Assembly: GCF_006345805.1 (NCBI RefSeq)
Contig: NW_021835833.1
Location: 1-38,244 of the forward strand
Reading direction: 5' to 3'
DNA from: Octopus sinensis
Taxonomy: Eukaryota
Length of the DNA stretch: 38,244 bases
The position numbers and the translations under genes were made by a program. Each line of letters begins with the position of its first letter. Position 1 is the stretch's first letter. Below the pieces are notes generated by a model. It did not search any database, had not been told where the DNA came from, and worked only from the letters and a program-made list of their open reading frames with translations. This document shows positions 11,841 to 24,517 of the stretch, one piece after another.

Positions 11841-12599
11841 TGCCCGAATAAATCATGTCCCCCCACTCTCTCCATAAATTAACATTACTTGTATATCAAT
11901 AAAACATCAGACGGCAGAAATGACATATGAGAAATAATAATAACGTTTATATTGCCATAAATCTTGTATATAAGAAAAAGCTGAAGAATTTCTCTTTTCG
12001 TTAAGTTTTACAAACTGCAGCTGAATTCCACTGCTTAAACTTCTAAATATAATAGAATTAAATTTATTTTGCCAGAGTTTAGATACGGTTAGTGTGTTGC
12101 AAAACGGTTACTTATATTGAAACTCTAGCATTTCTAAAGCAAATTTTTCGATCTTATATAGATAAATGAATATTGAAACGGTTCTGTCTGTGTCTTGGCA
12201 AGTGTACATGTTAACCATAAATAGATATTATCTAGACATTTGGAAAATATCGGCAGGACGATGGCGAGATATTATCAAACTAGTGGCAACTTATTGGCAA
12301 GGCATTGGCAAGTTATTGGCAAGAGGGTTGGAAATATATTTTTCACGATGATGATAAGACTATAATATTTGCTAGATATCTTTCGCTTAACTTACGCAGT
12401 AGAAATATTAATAGCTGTTGTTGTTTGACCCCCTACCACCACCACCACCACATCTGAACTAATTATGTAGGTCAGAGGTGAAAGATCATAGGTCATCACG
12501 AACCCACGTCCTCTTAAACATGACGCTAGTCAGTCGCTGGGTCAATTCCTGTTTGATTCTGGCCTTCATTTTCACTTGATTGAACTATTCTATTTTGAC

Positions 12600-13640
12600 T
12601 TTTTTCGTAGCTGTACTGTTGTCTCCAGACAATCAGGTTGCTCTTTCTTTAATGTCACCTCAATTTTGGAGACACCTTAATTATTGAGATATCTATTCTC
12701 TTTTCATTTGGAGTTGGTACTTATTTGTAGCAAGTGATTGTTCTACATTCTCTGAATGCGAAGAAAATTTCCAGTAAATCATGAATTCATCTTTTATGCT
12801 ATTTAAATACTCCTAGTTTCTCTGTTCAAATATACACTAGCACTCAGAGTTACTTCTGTTATCTCATTGTATTTCATTCGTGTATATAACCTAAATTACA
12901 AAGACGTTCTACTTTTTGCAAATGTCTTAAGTATCTGATCAACTCAAACTAAAACCACTGCTGTGCTGATAAAGCTTATTGAGGAAGAAACACGTGTTCA
13001 CACTACCATAATGTCTTCAAACAAAAACAGTCATTTCTTTAATAGGATATCAGTTTGGAGGATTCTTAATTTTTGAGATTACTTCCTTTTCTTACTTGGA
13101 TTTGGTGCCAAATACCATCAGGTGATTGTTTAACTTTCTCTGAAATCGGAAATAATTTCATAAATCAAGGACTTCTCTCTTATGGCTGTATACCTTTATT
13201 AGTTTAGGTAGTTCAAATAAATGCCATTGGTTATTGTTGTTATTTCCCACAAATTATGGAAATGATTGTAGCCATAAATTTTCTTGTACAATATATTTTG
13301 TACATGTTCAAGTATTACACCAAATAGCTTCAAGGTCCGAAAATAACTGTGCAACTGAAACAGAAACACGTGTCTACATTGTAATCGTCTCCCCAGAAAA
13401 TCAAAACTATCTTTTCCTTACTGGTATTGGTATGGCAAGTTTGAAGATTTCTGAGGTCCCTTTCTCAATTGGAATTCATCTCAGTTACCAAAAAGAAAGC
13501 GTTCTACAATCTCTGGAAGCGGAGATAACTTTAATAAATCAAGAATTTATTTTCTATAGTATTTAACACATCTGTACTCGTAGTTTTTGTTCAAATTCTT
13601 ACGACAAGTCTATTTGATTTCTCTTAGCTTATTTTTCATA
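12600..13640. repeat. Highly diverged tandem triplication, period ~375-385 bp
   Basis: Recurring anchors taaatca(t/a)g at ~12776, ~13161 and ~13535; gaaacacgtg at 12987 and 13363; gtgattgtt...tctctgaa blocks. Confidence 0.65.
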
Positions 13641-14037
13641 TTCATATATACCTGGCTTCCAAGTTGCTTTTTCCACTCACTACAGCATATTTTCTGAACT
13701 CTTTTTCTGATTTTACTAAATAATATCAGACTTGCCAGCGCAGACCGGTACCAGTCTCTTTGGGAAGAAATTAACGAGGAATAGCAGTGTCTTACTTCCT
13801 CTACGTTGTCTGTGTGTGTGCGTGTCTGTGTGCATATTATTTATTTAAAGGTCATGTATTAAAACGCTACGAATAATTTCATATTGGGAAAACTCGAACA
13901 TATTCTTCAACTGCAAACCGCATAAAACGAACTAAAAAAATTTTATGATAGCCAGGTTTTTCGCCTTCCTTTTTTTATTCAATTTTTGAGTATTCTCAAC
14001 ATATAAAATTATTCGTAGCACGTTGATAGTGTATTAT

Positions 14038-14125
<88 letters not shown>

Positions 14126-14297
14126 TTCACTCATTTCTTTCTTTCTTTCTTTCTTTCTTTTTTTTTCTTTCTTTCTTTCATTCTCACTCATACCACACAC
14201 ACACACACACACACATATATCTATCTATATATATATACATACATACACCATACATATATACATATAATATATATACATACATATATATATATATATA

Positions 14298-14351
<54 letters not shown>

Positions 14352-14380
14352 TGTACATGTACTTACATATATATAAGGAA

Positions 14381-14545
14381 TTTTAGTAATTTGTCCCTTA
14401 CTTATCTCTCGTGCGTTTACGTACTTTTCACGTGTTGGTGATGCCATGTTCTTATTGCATAATTTTTGGTAATTTGTCCTGCATTTATTGCTCGTGTGTC
14501 TACGTAATTTTCACTCGTTGGTGATGTCCTGTACTTCATGTATCT
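14381..14545. repeat. Two-copy ~84-bp tandem duplication
   Basis: gtaatttgtcc...ctcgtg.gt.tacgta.ttttcac..gttggtgatg.c.tgt.ctt occurs twice in tandem. Confidence 0.8.
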
Positions 14546-14739
14546 TATACTTATTCGTTAATACATATATATTGTACATATATTTATAAATATATAAGTA
14601 TATAAGTACACATATATGAATATCTGTGTACTTATTGGTGAGGAAAATCCAAACTGTGTCCTCTTGAAGCACATCTGTTTATTCCAGTACTACAATCCAG
14701 TAAGTATTTACTGTCATTGTTGGATTCGAATTCGAACTG

Positions 14740-15170
14740 GAAGTATGGTATAATGAATATGAAAATAGGCAAGGTTAAGTCTCTGGCAGGGATAGAATTA
14801 CTAAGAAAAGTGTGGAAAGAATTTGAAAATGAGGGTTACAAGTACCTTGACATACTAGAGTTCAATGAAATTAAGGAGAAGGAAATGAAAGAACAGCTAA
14901 GGAAAGAATATTTCCGAATACTAAGATTGGTGTTGCGCTAAAAATTGATTGGATGGGATAAAATTCAAACAGTTGAAACATGGGCGATAGCATCACTTCG
15001 GTATGGATCTGGAGTCATAAGCTGGAAAAAGAAAGAATTGATGAGTATAGATACGAAGACAGGGAAATTATTGGCAGTGCCCGGAGCATTCCATCCCAAC
15101 GGTGACACCAATAGGTTGTTTTGGCCCGAAATTTGGGTGGAGAGGTTGTGATCAGTTGTCAGGATTGTGT
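14740..15170 (+). mobile_element. R4/Dong-like non-LTR retrotransposon, post-RT fragment
   Basis: GYKYLDILE..IKEKEMKEQLRKEYFRILRLVLR*KL..KIQTVETWAIASLRYGSGVISW..ELMSIDTKTGKLL..GAFHP matches the R4-clade pattern. Confidence 0.85.
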
Positions 15171-15289
15171 AGCAAAATGATGATTGGTAATCGTCTTAAT
15201 GGTGTGACTCTATAGATTCCAGCATTTGAGAAGCAGGTCATTTTTCAGTGACTCGAATAGACTACAAAAAAGCCCTGTTCGTCTTTCTC

Positions 15290-15510
15290 ACAGCTGGATA
15301 GAAGAACGCCAAGTGATATTCAAAATTTCACACTAATGATTAGGAATTGTCTATCGAAACATGAAGCTCTGAAAAATTATATTAATTTTCAACACGGATA
15401 CTACAAGAAGAAATTTAATCAATATTAATGGTGGAATTTTTCAAGGAAACTCTCCTTCGTTATTCTGTTTAGCATTGCTTCCACTCAGAAAATTCTTAAA
15501 TGAAACAAAT
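15290..15510 (+). mobile_element. R4/Dong-like RT core fragment (decayed)
   Basis: GIFQGNSPSLFCLALLPLRKFLNET resembles the RT motif GIFQGDSLSPLLFCLAL.PL..LN. Confidence 0.7.
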
Positions 15511-16471
15511 GATGATGATGATGATGATGCTGATGGAGATGAGGATTTTATTGTCCACAAGGTGTCAGGACATTGAGGCCATTGAAACAAAATACAACAC
15601 AAAACAAGATTGGTTGTACAGCGATCAAGAGAAGGAAGACGAATGAGAATATAATATAAGATATGAAGATAAAATTTCAAATAAATGCACTCCATCTAGG
15701 ATCTAGAGTAATTCGAAGAAAACTACACAAAAGTCCCTGTTGTTTCTTAGGCATCAGAAGTGCCCTCTTCCAGTTTCTTTCCTTCTGATGAGAAAAGCTT
15801 ACTCAGGGCAAGCCCATTCATCCACACCACTTTTTCCACTCTCATCAAACTTTCGATTAACATGCTCCTCCATCTCTACACATGCCTTAATCATTTGAAG
15901 AAATTGATGCGAACCTGGCTAGAAAGAAAACAACCTATCTCTGTCCAGATTTTTCTCAATTTTTACCAATTTATTTAGTATCCACTCTATATATTTGCAA
16001 TTCCTTCGCTGTAGTGAAGTGTACTGAAGTCGAGAAAATTCTTGTTAAGGGTGGTTGTTCAGATCGCTGAAATTACCGTCTTTTGGAACTTCAGCGTTCA
16101 GAATGACCAGGAAATACAGAAAAACCGACAGGATATATAAGTAAGCTATGTATATTTTCATTCCTCGGACTGTGTACTCCGGATCTGTAAATTTCACGTA
16201 GTTGTGTAAAAACTAGGATGTATGTATATACATGTAAAATGTTTATATGATTGTGTAGACATTTGAGTGTATGCGTAATTACTCAATTTATGTACTTACT
16301 GTTTTGTTCCATTTATATTTTATAATTTGTAAACTTTTCGGTGTTGATTTCGCGTGTGCTTCGCATAAAAGAAACTTTGTAGGGTAGTAAAGTTTCGTTT
16401 TTGTGATTATTTTCGCTCTTCCCAAATTATTATATTTGTTGTTGTTGTTGTTATCATTATAATTATTATTT

Positions 16472-16581
16472 AAGCGGTGAGCTGGCAGAATCGTTCAAAT
16501 TCCGCCATGGTCGACATTGCTTTTTGCCCTTTCTTTCTCGAATAAATAAGTATCAGTTGAGTATTGGGGTCGGTGTAATCA

Positions 16582-16590
<9 letters not shown>
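16472..16590 (+). mobile_element. SINE family B, deleted and degenerate copy
   Basis: gcggtgagctggcagaatcgtt...ttcaaattccgcc..ggtcgac..tgc matches family B. Confidence 0.7.
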
Positions 16591-16624
<34 letters not shown>

Positions 16625-16719
16625 GTCTATAGACACGTAGATGTAGATCGCTGCGTAAGTCTTGCAGTTATTCGTATTGTTATACATTGATATACATTGA
16701 ACATTTGCTATTGTTACTT

Positions 16720-17084
16720 AGTTAAACAAACCTGGACCTTGGGGAACTGGTTAGTGCTTTCCTATTTGTAGCGCTTAGAGGCTATTTTAGGGTTTGTCTG
16801 GGTTACAACGCTGCTCATTTTTTCACGAAAATCAAAGATGGCGAACGAAAAGTGTCTGTTCGCTGAAAGGAACAGCGAATTATCTGCAAGACAGAACAGC
16901 CCAGTTGAACAAGACAGTGACTGCTGTAGCAACAACAACAACAACAACAACAACAGCGGACGTGGAACGTATGAAAATGAATCCCTTAGCTCCTTTTCTC
17001 CCCTTTACCACCGCAGAAAGAGAAGAAAATTACCAACACCAATAACACAAGCGAAAACCCTACAATCTCTACTGCTACCACATC

Positions 17085-17142
<58 letters not shown>

Positions 17143-18700
17143 CTAGTAGGGGCCAAACTAAATCTCCCATCAGAGACTATTGAAGCAGTGACCAACAATT
17201 TAGTTAAGGAAAAGTAGTTCTTTTCAACTGCATCTCAGCAGAAACGAAGAATGCGGCTTTAATAGCACATGCAGATAAAGAAGATGCGCTGAGATGTATC
17301 AGGGACGACATCGACTACATAGCGAGGGGCAGACAATACGGCACCATTTCGGTGCGTTTTAAGTCAGAAGCTCTCGCTATGAAACACTTAATGTCCCCTT
17401 TCAAAACCCCTCTCACATGGAAAAAGAATAGCACGTGTCCGCATTCCCAAGATTCCAACAGCACTTGATATGTGTTGGCTTCTGGGATGCGTAATCGAGC
17501 AAGGGTCAGGTACCGTCCCGAGAGAGGTGACAAAAACTGCCAGAGAGGACTGGTCAGGAGTTACACTAGAGATACTTCACCAGATCAGGCCAGAAAACGT
17601 AGAAAAAATCCTGGACCGCATCCGTGTCCAAAACGGGACGGTAATACACATAATCACTGAGGGCAAACAGCCGCATTGTTTCGTTTGAGGGAAACACCCC
17701 TTTTGCGAGCCTTCTGCCCTCAACTGATAAAAGGTCCAAGGGGTCAAACCTGGACATGTCGCTTCCGGCACGTAAGGCTTACAGGGACCGGGTCAACAAT
17801 TTAGTTAAGCAAAAGTCATCAACAACTGGTGGTGGGTCACTCTCAAACGAGAGATTAACGTAATATCGATAGGGTTTACCAAAGAAGTAGCGTTAGAAAA
17901 AATAACAAGGAGGAGGAGGAGGAGCTAGCAGCTAAGTTAGACGAGGCTATTTGTAGTGGCATTGCAACCGACGTGCTAGCAGTGAGAATGGCATTAAACA
18001 GTTTCTTCAATGCGAGACATGAAGGTTGCATTTTCAGATCTAAAGTGCGTACTCTAAGAAACGAGGGGACCAAAGATGTTCGATAGGCCCGCGTGGCGGA
18101 GGCGCAAATGGTAGGAAATCACAATTTGGTCTTTGGCGAACGGAGACGGACAGGAGCTGAACGATTCCAGGCAGATGTGTGAGGATTTTCCCCTGCACTT
18201 TGCTCAGTTGTTCGTGGGGGGTGACAGGTCAGAAACAGTATCGGACTTCAGTCCCTATCTCAACGAATTTCCGCGCCTCTTGAAGGCTGATGCTGAGTAC
18301 TGTGAAAGGCAGATGGTTTCAGCCGAAATTCAGGATGCATGTCACCCGGTTCTGTCAGCTGGGGTGTAGTGACGCTGATAAGAAAAGACGAATAAAGAGG
18401 GACATAGTAGATTACTTCAGGCCTCTAATTCTGCTCAACACAGAGTTTAAGATTTTGGCCAAGGTTGGTGAAGAGGCTGGGGGTTCTCGTCGAGGATTTG
18501 ATTGGGGTGGGCGCAAACCTGCGCAATTCCGACCACGTCCATACACGACAACCTCCACCTCATAGAAAGGGTAGGGTGTAAACTTGGCTTCGGTGGAGCT
18601 CTGATCAATTTAGGTCAATCAAAAGCATTCGATCGGATCGACCATCGATACCTGGGGGCTGTCTTCAGCCCCGTCTTCAGTGGTTGGATCGCTGCAATGA
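16720..18700 (+). mobile_element. Tx1/L1-like LINE, internally deleted (5'UTR, ORF1 remnants, ORF2 RT remnants)
   Basis: Start aagATGGCG at 16838; ORF1-like ..EKILDRIRVQNGTVIHIITEGKQPHCFV; RT motifs YFRPLILLNTEFKILAKV, SIHDNLHLI and GALINLGQSKAFDRIDHRYL. Confidence 0.85.
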
Positions 18701-18744
18701 GTAGTAGTAGTAGGAAGGTAGCACGCCGAACGAAAAGCTTAGTG

Positions 18745-18910
18745 ACATTTCGTTCGTCTTTACGTTCTGAATTTAAATTCCGCCGAGATCGACTTTCTCT
18801 TTCATCCTTTCGGGGGTCGATTAAATAAGTTCCAGCTGACCCCTGGAGTCGGTGTAATCGACCTGCCCCCTCCCTCAATATTTCAGGCCTTGTGCCTATA
18901 ATAGAAAGAA
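18745..18910 (+). mobile_element. SINE family B 3' fragment followed by (ATT)n(AGT)n
   Basis: acgttctgaatttaaattccgccgagatcgacttt..ttcatcctttcgggggtcgattaaataagt. Confidence 0.8.
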
Positions 18911-18961
18911 TTATTATTATTATATTATTATTATTATTATTATATATTATTATTATTATAT

Positions 18962-19010
<49 letters not shown>

Positions 19011-19788
19011 TATTGTTGTTGTAGTAGTAGTAGTATTAGTAGTAGTAGTAGTAGTAGTAGTAACATCATTAAGTAAATCTGATATCTAGGTCAGTGGAGT
19101 GAGCAATAACCCTCAGTCACCGCTATACCTATTTGTAATTAGGTGACGAGGGATCACTGGAGGCAAAGGACTGTGCTGGACAAGCAATATTCATCAACAA
19201 TATTTCTTGCTTGCAGGCCAGCTCTTTTCTCTGCCAACTATGGCTTCGTATGTAATTTATTTGGTAGTCCTAAAACACTGTCCGATTTAAGGTACTCAAC
19301 TTATCTTGTTTTGGTGCCTTTAGCTGAATTCACTCGGTTCTAATCATTCGGACCAGATACCCGATTCTCTTCTTCGTTTACATTGTTTTTTTCCTGCGGT
19401 CATCAAGCTTAAGCGTACGTTTATCATTCTCACCAGTTTAAGAAGTCCTTCAACGTCCAAGGGCTCTCCTCTCACGTCTGTTGATTGACTTATTGAAAGC
19501 AAACTTAAGTGGAGTCTTTTTTTTCTTAAAAAAAAAAACGAGAGAAATAATAACCGTTTTGTCGTTGGCAGAATTAGTAGATTGATTAAAACGTGACGCA
19601 GTGATTAAACATGAGAAATTATAAAACCGTACAATACCAAATGCAGTACTGTATTTAGGTTTTTAGTAAACAAGCTTGCATTTGTTTAGTTTAAGTTTAA
19701 TAAGTCTTACTCTAGGAAGGGCCGCCTCACGATTATTAAAAGATAGATATATCTTTTCACTTTCTGGGACAATTTCTAGGGTGATTTT

Positions 19789-19837
19789 TCAACATTGGGC
19801 CGCCAACTTAGTTTTAAGTCCAGCATCAAGTTGACGG
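19789..19837 (-). CDS. Candidate smORF exon 2 (F)RQLDAGLKTKLAAQC*; exon continues to donor at 19711
   Basis: Long (CT)-rich polypyrimidine tract then acaCAG acceptor at 19838-19840; phase-compatible with exon 1; downstream donor AGA|GTAAGA at 19710. Confidence 0.5.
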
Positions 19838-19992
19838 CTGTGTATGTTTGAGAGAGAGAGAGAGGAAGAAAGAAAGAAAGAGGGGGAGAAAAAGAGAGAG
19901 AGAGACGTTAGTAAAGTGAGGGTGGGTGGAGGACAGTATATGTTTTTCGATTTTTTTTTTAGGGTTCCATCTCGGACGGCGTTCGAACTTAC

Positions 19993-20093
19993 AACGTCCT
20001 CCAGTTTAACATGTTTACGCAGCTTACGAATGCGTCCACGACTATTTTCGTAGCAGGGATAAATCTGCTTTTGTAAAACACTTTCCTTGTCAT
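19993..20093 (-). CDS. Candidate smORF exon 1 MTRKVFYKSRFIPATKIVVDAFVSCVNMLNWRT
   Basis: ATG with A at -3 (ataATGa), in-frame upstream stop, perfect GTAAGT donor at 19992-19987; unique, higher-complexity sequence. Confidence 0.5.
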
Positions 20094-20112
20094 TATTATT
20101 TATACTTTTATT

Positions 20113-20231
20113 TCTGCTGCTGCAGCCGCTATTGTTGCTGTTGATGACGATGATGATGTTGTTGTTGTTATTGTTATTATTATTATTACTATTATTATTA
20201 TTATTATTATTGTTATTATTGTTATTATTTT

Positions 20232-20297
<66 letters not shown>

Positions 20298-20301
20298 TAC
20301 C

Positions 20302-20346
<45 letters not shown>

Positions 20347-20365
20347 AATGCTACTACTAACATTG
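20113..20365. repeat. Compound trinucleotide array (TGT/TAT/TAC/TGC), likely in a 5'UTR
   Basis: Directly visible; gives poly-N, poly-S and poly-L ORFs without an ATG start. Confidence 0.9.
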
Positions 20366-20689
20366 TTACTTACTGTGATCGCGATTATGTTATCAATATC
20401 ATCGCTGCCATCTCTTTGCAATTCAGACAATAATAAATACGTCGTTTGAAAAGAAGAAATAAAAAGATTACTTTTTTCTTTTTCCTTTTCTTCGTTTCTT
20501 TTCCATTTATTTTATTTATTTTATTTATTTTATTTTTTCTGGGTGGCCGCACGAATAGGATTAGGAACAGTGAGAAACAATTGAAGAATTGTGTTTGGCC
20601 ATTCTCTGGTCAAGTACTGTAAAGTACTGATGGGACACATTTAATGTGATTGCACGTTATCTTCACAGAAAAGAACATCGAGCTACGCC

Positions 20690-20690
20690 G

Positions 20691-20747
<57 letters not shown>

Positions 20748-21000
20748 AGTCTGGCAATAAAAGACAGAGACAATGTATGAGGAATGTGTGAGGAAGAGAG
20801 TGAGCAGGGGTGGAGTAGGTAAATTGAATTTGCTACAAATTTAGTCGCGAGAAAATCAGATTGGACGCTGCTAGCAAAGCCAATCGACTATAGATGGCTG
20901 CTTGTTTGTTTAAAATGTAAGAAATCAGTTGTGTCGGTCAACGAACAGAGCAGATTAATGGTCTGTCACAGCCTATCACTGATTACAAGAAAAACTCTAA
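20690..21000 (-). promoter_or_regulatory. Promoter-like block upstream of the smORF
   Basis: (CT/GA)n 20691-20745, TCGCGAGA 20845-20852, opposed CCAAT boxes (ATTGG 20860-20864, CCAAT 20880-20884) in TE-free unique sequence. Confidence 0.45.
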
Positions 21001-21145
21001 GCCTTTTCCCCCAAATCTGATTCATCATGTTGCTTACAGCTCGGTCCGCATTAAATCATACTTCCCCCTAATACCGCACATTCTAGCAATAGTTCGCTTG
21101 CCAACCTCAACTCCTTTACACAACACCACCTCATTGCTCGACTTC

Positions 21146-21146
21146 A

Positions 21147-21186
<40 letters not shown>

Positions 21187-21280
21187 CTATCTTCTATCTA
21201 TCTATCTATCTATCTATATAATATAATATATATATATTATATTATATATATATATATATATATTCTATATATATATATCC

Positions 21281-21321
<41 letters not shown>

Positions 21322-21354
21322 CTATCTATCTATCTATCTATCTATCTACCTAAA

Positions 21355-21423
<69 letters not shown>

Positions 21424-21590
21424 GTCTGTCTATCTGTCTGTTTATCTGTCTGTTTATGTCTATCTCTAATAATCTATCTGCCTACATACATACATACATA
21501 CATTCGTACCTACGTACATATGTATTTATGTATGCATGTATGTATGTATGTATGTATGTATGTATGTATGTATGTATGTATGTATGATTA
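21146..21590. repeat. (TATC)n / (TA)n / (TATG)n microsatellites
   Basis: Directly visible. Confidence 0.95.
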
Positions 21591-21738
21591 TCTCACCATT
21601 TATCTATGTTATCTATCACTCACTCACTTAATTAATCAATCGATCGATCAATTAATCAATTAATCAATCTATTTATCTATCCATTTGCCAGTGTGCTGGA
21701 TCTTTCTATCTCTCTTTCTCTTTCTCTCTCACCATCTC

Positions 21739-21783
<45 letters not shown>

Positions 21784-21919
21784 ATCTATATATATATATT
21801 ATATGTATATATGTGTGTGTGTGTGTGTAAATATGTATGGTATATATATATTATACACATATATGTGTGTATATATATATATACATATATGTGTATATAT
21901 ATATATTATATATATATAT

Positions 21920-21960
<41 letters not shown>

Positions 21961-22313
21961 GAGAGAGAGAGATAGAAAGAAAGAGAGAAAGTGAAAGAGG
22001 TGATATCACTGCATTTTATATACGTCTATATCTGTCCGGTGTGTTTGTATGTGCGCTTGCATGCGTGTGTATGTGTGAGTGTGTATGTGTAAATGTTGAT
22101 ATGTGTGCATATTGCGTGTGATGGAGCACGTGTAAATGTATACGATATCTTCGTGTAGATCTATCTTAATAGAAACAACGTTTCCTCATATGATCAATAA
22201 AACGCCACCGTATTATCGCTCTTCTTGATTCTCCTCAACTGTCATTTTGTTTTCAGCATATACATACATAGGTCTGTATGTTTGTGTACGTTTTCAAATT
22301 TATATACATGTAT

Positions 22314-22685
22314 AGGCGTAGGAGTGGCTGTGTGGTAAGTAGCTTGCTTACCAACCACATGGTTCCGGGTTCAGTCCCACTGCGTGGCATCTTGGGCAAG
22401 TGCCTTCTACTATAGCCTTGGGCCGACCAAAGCCTTGTGAGTAGACGAAAACTGAAAGAAGCCCGACGTATAAATGTATATATTTATATGTGTGTGTGTG
22501 TGTGTATGTTTGTGTGTCTGTGTCTGTCCCCCTAGTATTGCTTGACAGCCGATGCTGGTGTGTTTACGTCCCCGTAACTTAGCGGTTCTGCAAAAGAGAC
22601 CGATAGAATAAGTACTAGATTTGCTCGACTAAAGGCGATGTTCCAGCATGGCCACAGTCAAATGACTGAAACAAGTAAAATAGTA
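22314..22685 (+). mobile_element. SINE family A with small internal deletions
   Basis: ggcgtaggagtggctgtgtggtaagtagcttgcttaccaaccacatggttccgggttcagtccc...gactgaaacaagtaaaa. Confidence 0.9.
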
Positions 22686-22940
22686 TGCATGCACACAGAC
22701 GTAGACATCAGCCTCTTTCTCTCTCTCTCTCTCTCTCACTCTATCTATATATTTATGCATATGTGTATGTGTATGTATTTCTTTTTTGTGTAGTTTTAAA
22801 AACAACTATTTAATTTTTACTTGAACTAATCAATCTATTTAAGCGGAGGGTTAACATATAGTATAAGTTCACACTGAAAGGGGACAAACTTCGAAATCAA
22901 CAGTCTACATTTCCCTCCTAAAGTATGTATACATGCATTC

Positions 22941-22980
<40 letters not shown>

Positions 22981-23014
22981 TATATATATATATATATAAT
23001 ATATATATATATAT

Positions 23015-23045
23015 ACTAGCAAAACGCCCCCCGTCCAATGGACGG
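23015..23045 (-). mobile_element. Helitron-like 3' terminus
   Basis: Minus strand: GC hairpin ccgtcc-att-ggacgg, 11 nt, then CTAG|T, abutting a (TA)n tract. The 5' end was not identified. Confidence 0.5.
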
Positions 23046-23469
23046 TGCTGAGTTGTCAAACATTTAAACAACATTTTCTCAAAACAACTTGTCCGACCGT
23101 CCTATAAGCCTTCCCTTTGAGAAACACTGATTTAACCTAAATTTGAGACAAGAAATAAAGATAGACTTTTTTCTATTCCAAAGAAAAAACGATTTTATTC
23201 ACACAAATATGCAACCGAAGAGTTTAAAGTACCAGTAACGATAAGGCCGTTGACTGGGAGAACACAAACATGGTTTATACAGTAAGCTTGGCAGGAAAGA
23301 AACGTGCCTTTAAGCAGACAAAAACAACAAAAAAATGGAAGGTGCAATTATGTACAGTTTGACAGAAGAAAAGCAGGACAAAAACGATGCATGCAAATGG
23401 GTTAGCTGGAGGTAAATCTAGATGGAAATGCATGATGAATTTGAGTACAGTTTTTATATGATATATACA

Positions 23470-23472
23470 TAC

Positions 23473-23550
<78 letters not shown>

Positions 23551-23557
23551 GTATATA

Positions 23558-23612
<55 letters not shown>

Positions 23613-23843
23613 TATATACATAAATACATACATACATACAGACGCACATACATACATACACACATACATACATACATACATACATACATACATTCATACA
23701 CACACACATATACATCCATCCATACATACATGCATACATACACACATACATACATACATACATACATACATGCATGCATACATACATACATACATACATA
23801 AATACATACATACATACATACATACATACATACATACATACAC

Positions 23844-23874
<31 letters not shown>

Positions 23875-24103
23875 CATACATAACACCTACATACATACAT
23901 ACATACATACATACATACAAATAAATACATACATACATACATACATACATACATGCATGCATGCATACATACATATACATACATACATACATACATACAT
24001 ACATACACCCATACATACATACATACATCCATACATACATACATACATTCATACACACACACACATATACATCCATCCATACATACATACATGCATACAC
24101 ACA

Positions 24104-24134
<31 letters not shown>

Positions 24135-24135
24135 G
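23470..24135. repeat. (TA)n then long (TACA)n array
   Basis: Directly visible; includes a higher-order duplicated variant block (cattcatacacacacac..atccatcc) twice. Confidence 0.95.
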
Positions 24136-24471
24136 CATGTATTTACGCGCGTTTGATCTTGAAAGAGCCATTGCTACTTCTGCTGCTCGTACGATTTATG
24201 AAGGATATACGATGAGCGTTTGTTCCATAGCTTGCATGTAATATTTCAAAAGAGTTTCCGAACATAAGATTTCAATAAAAACAGGTTCGAATTACCAAGT
24301 GAATCATTGAAAAAAAGAGTACCTCAGCAGTATTGCAAGTAGGAAACTTTCATTTATTATATATAAAAACAATTTCTACATTCCTCTTTGTAGTTCTAAA
24401 ATCTATCATTTCTCAGTGAATCAACAAATATTTGTATGTGTGTGTGTGAGTGTGAGTGTGCGTATGTGTGT

Positions 24472-24517
<46 letters not shown>

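Noticed and set aside
19780-20076. Plus-strand exon pair (GDFSTLGRQ.. / GSISDGVRTY..)
   Set aside because: In-register antisense of the minus-strand smORF; the needed donor (gtgtat) is weak and the intron is purine-rich on +.
19789-20430. 213-aa Ser/Asn-rich ORF
   Set aside because: No ATG before the upstream stop, held open by triplet repeats, and it reads through an evident GT-AG intron. The spliced frame explains the region better.
4245-24241. Numerous long ORFs rich in YI/HT/CV/MYVC
   Set aside because: Translations of (TA)n, (CA)n and (TACA)n microsatellites.
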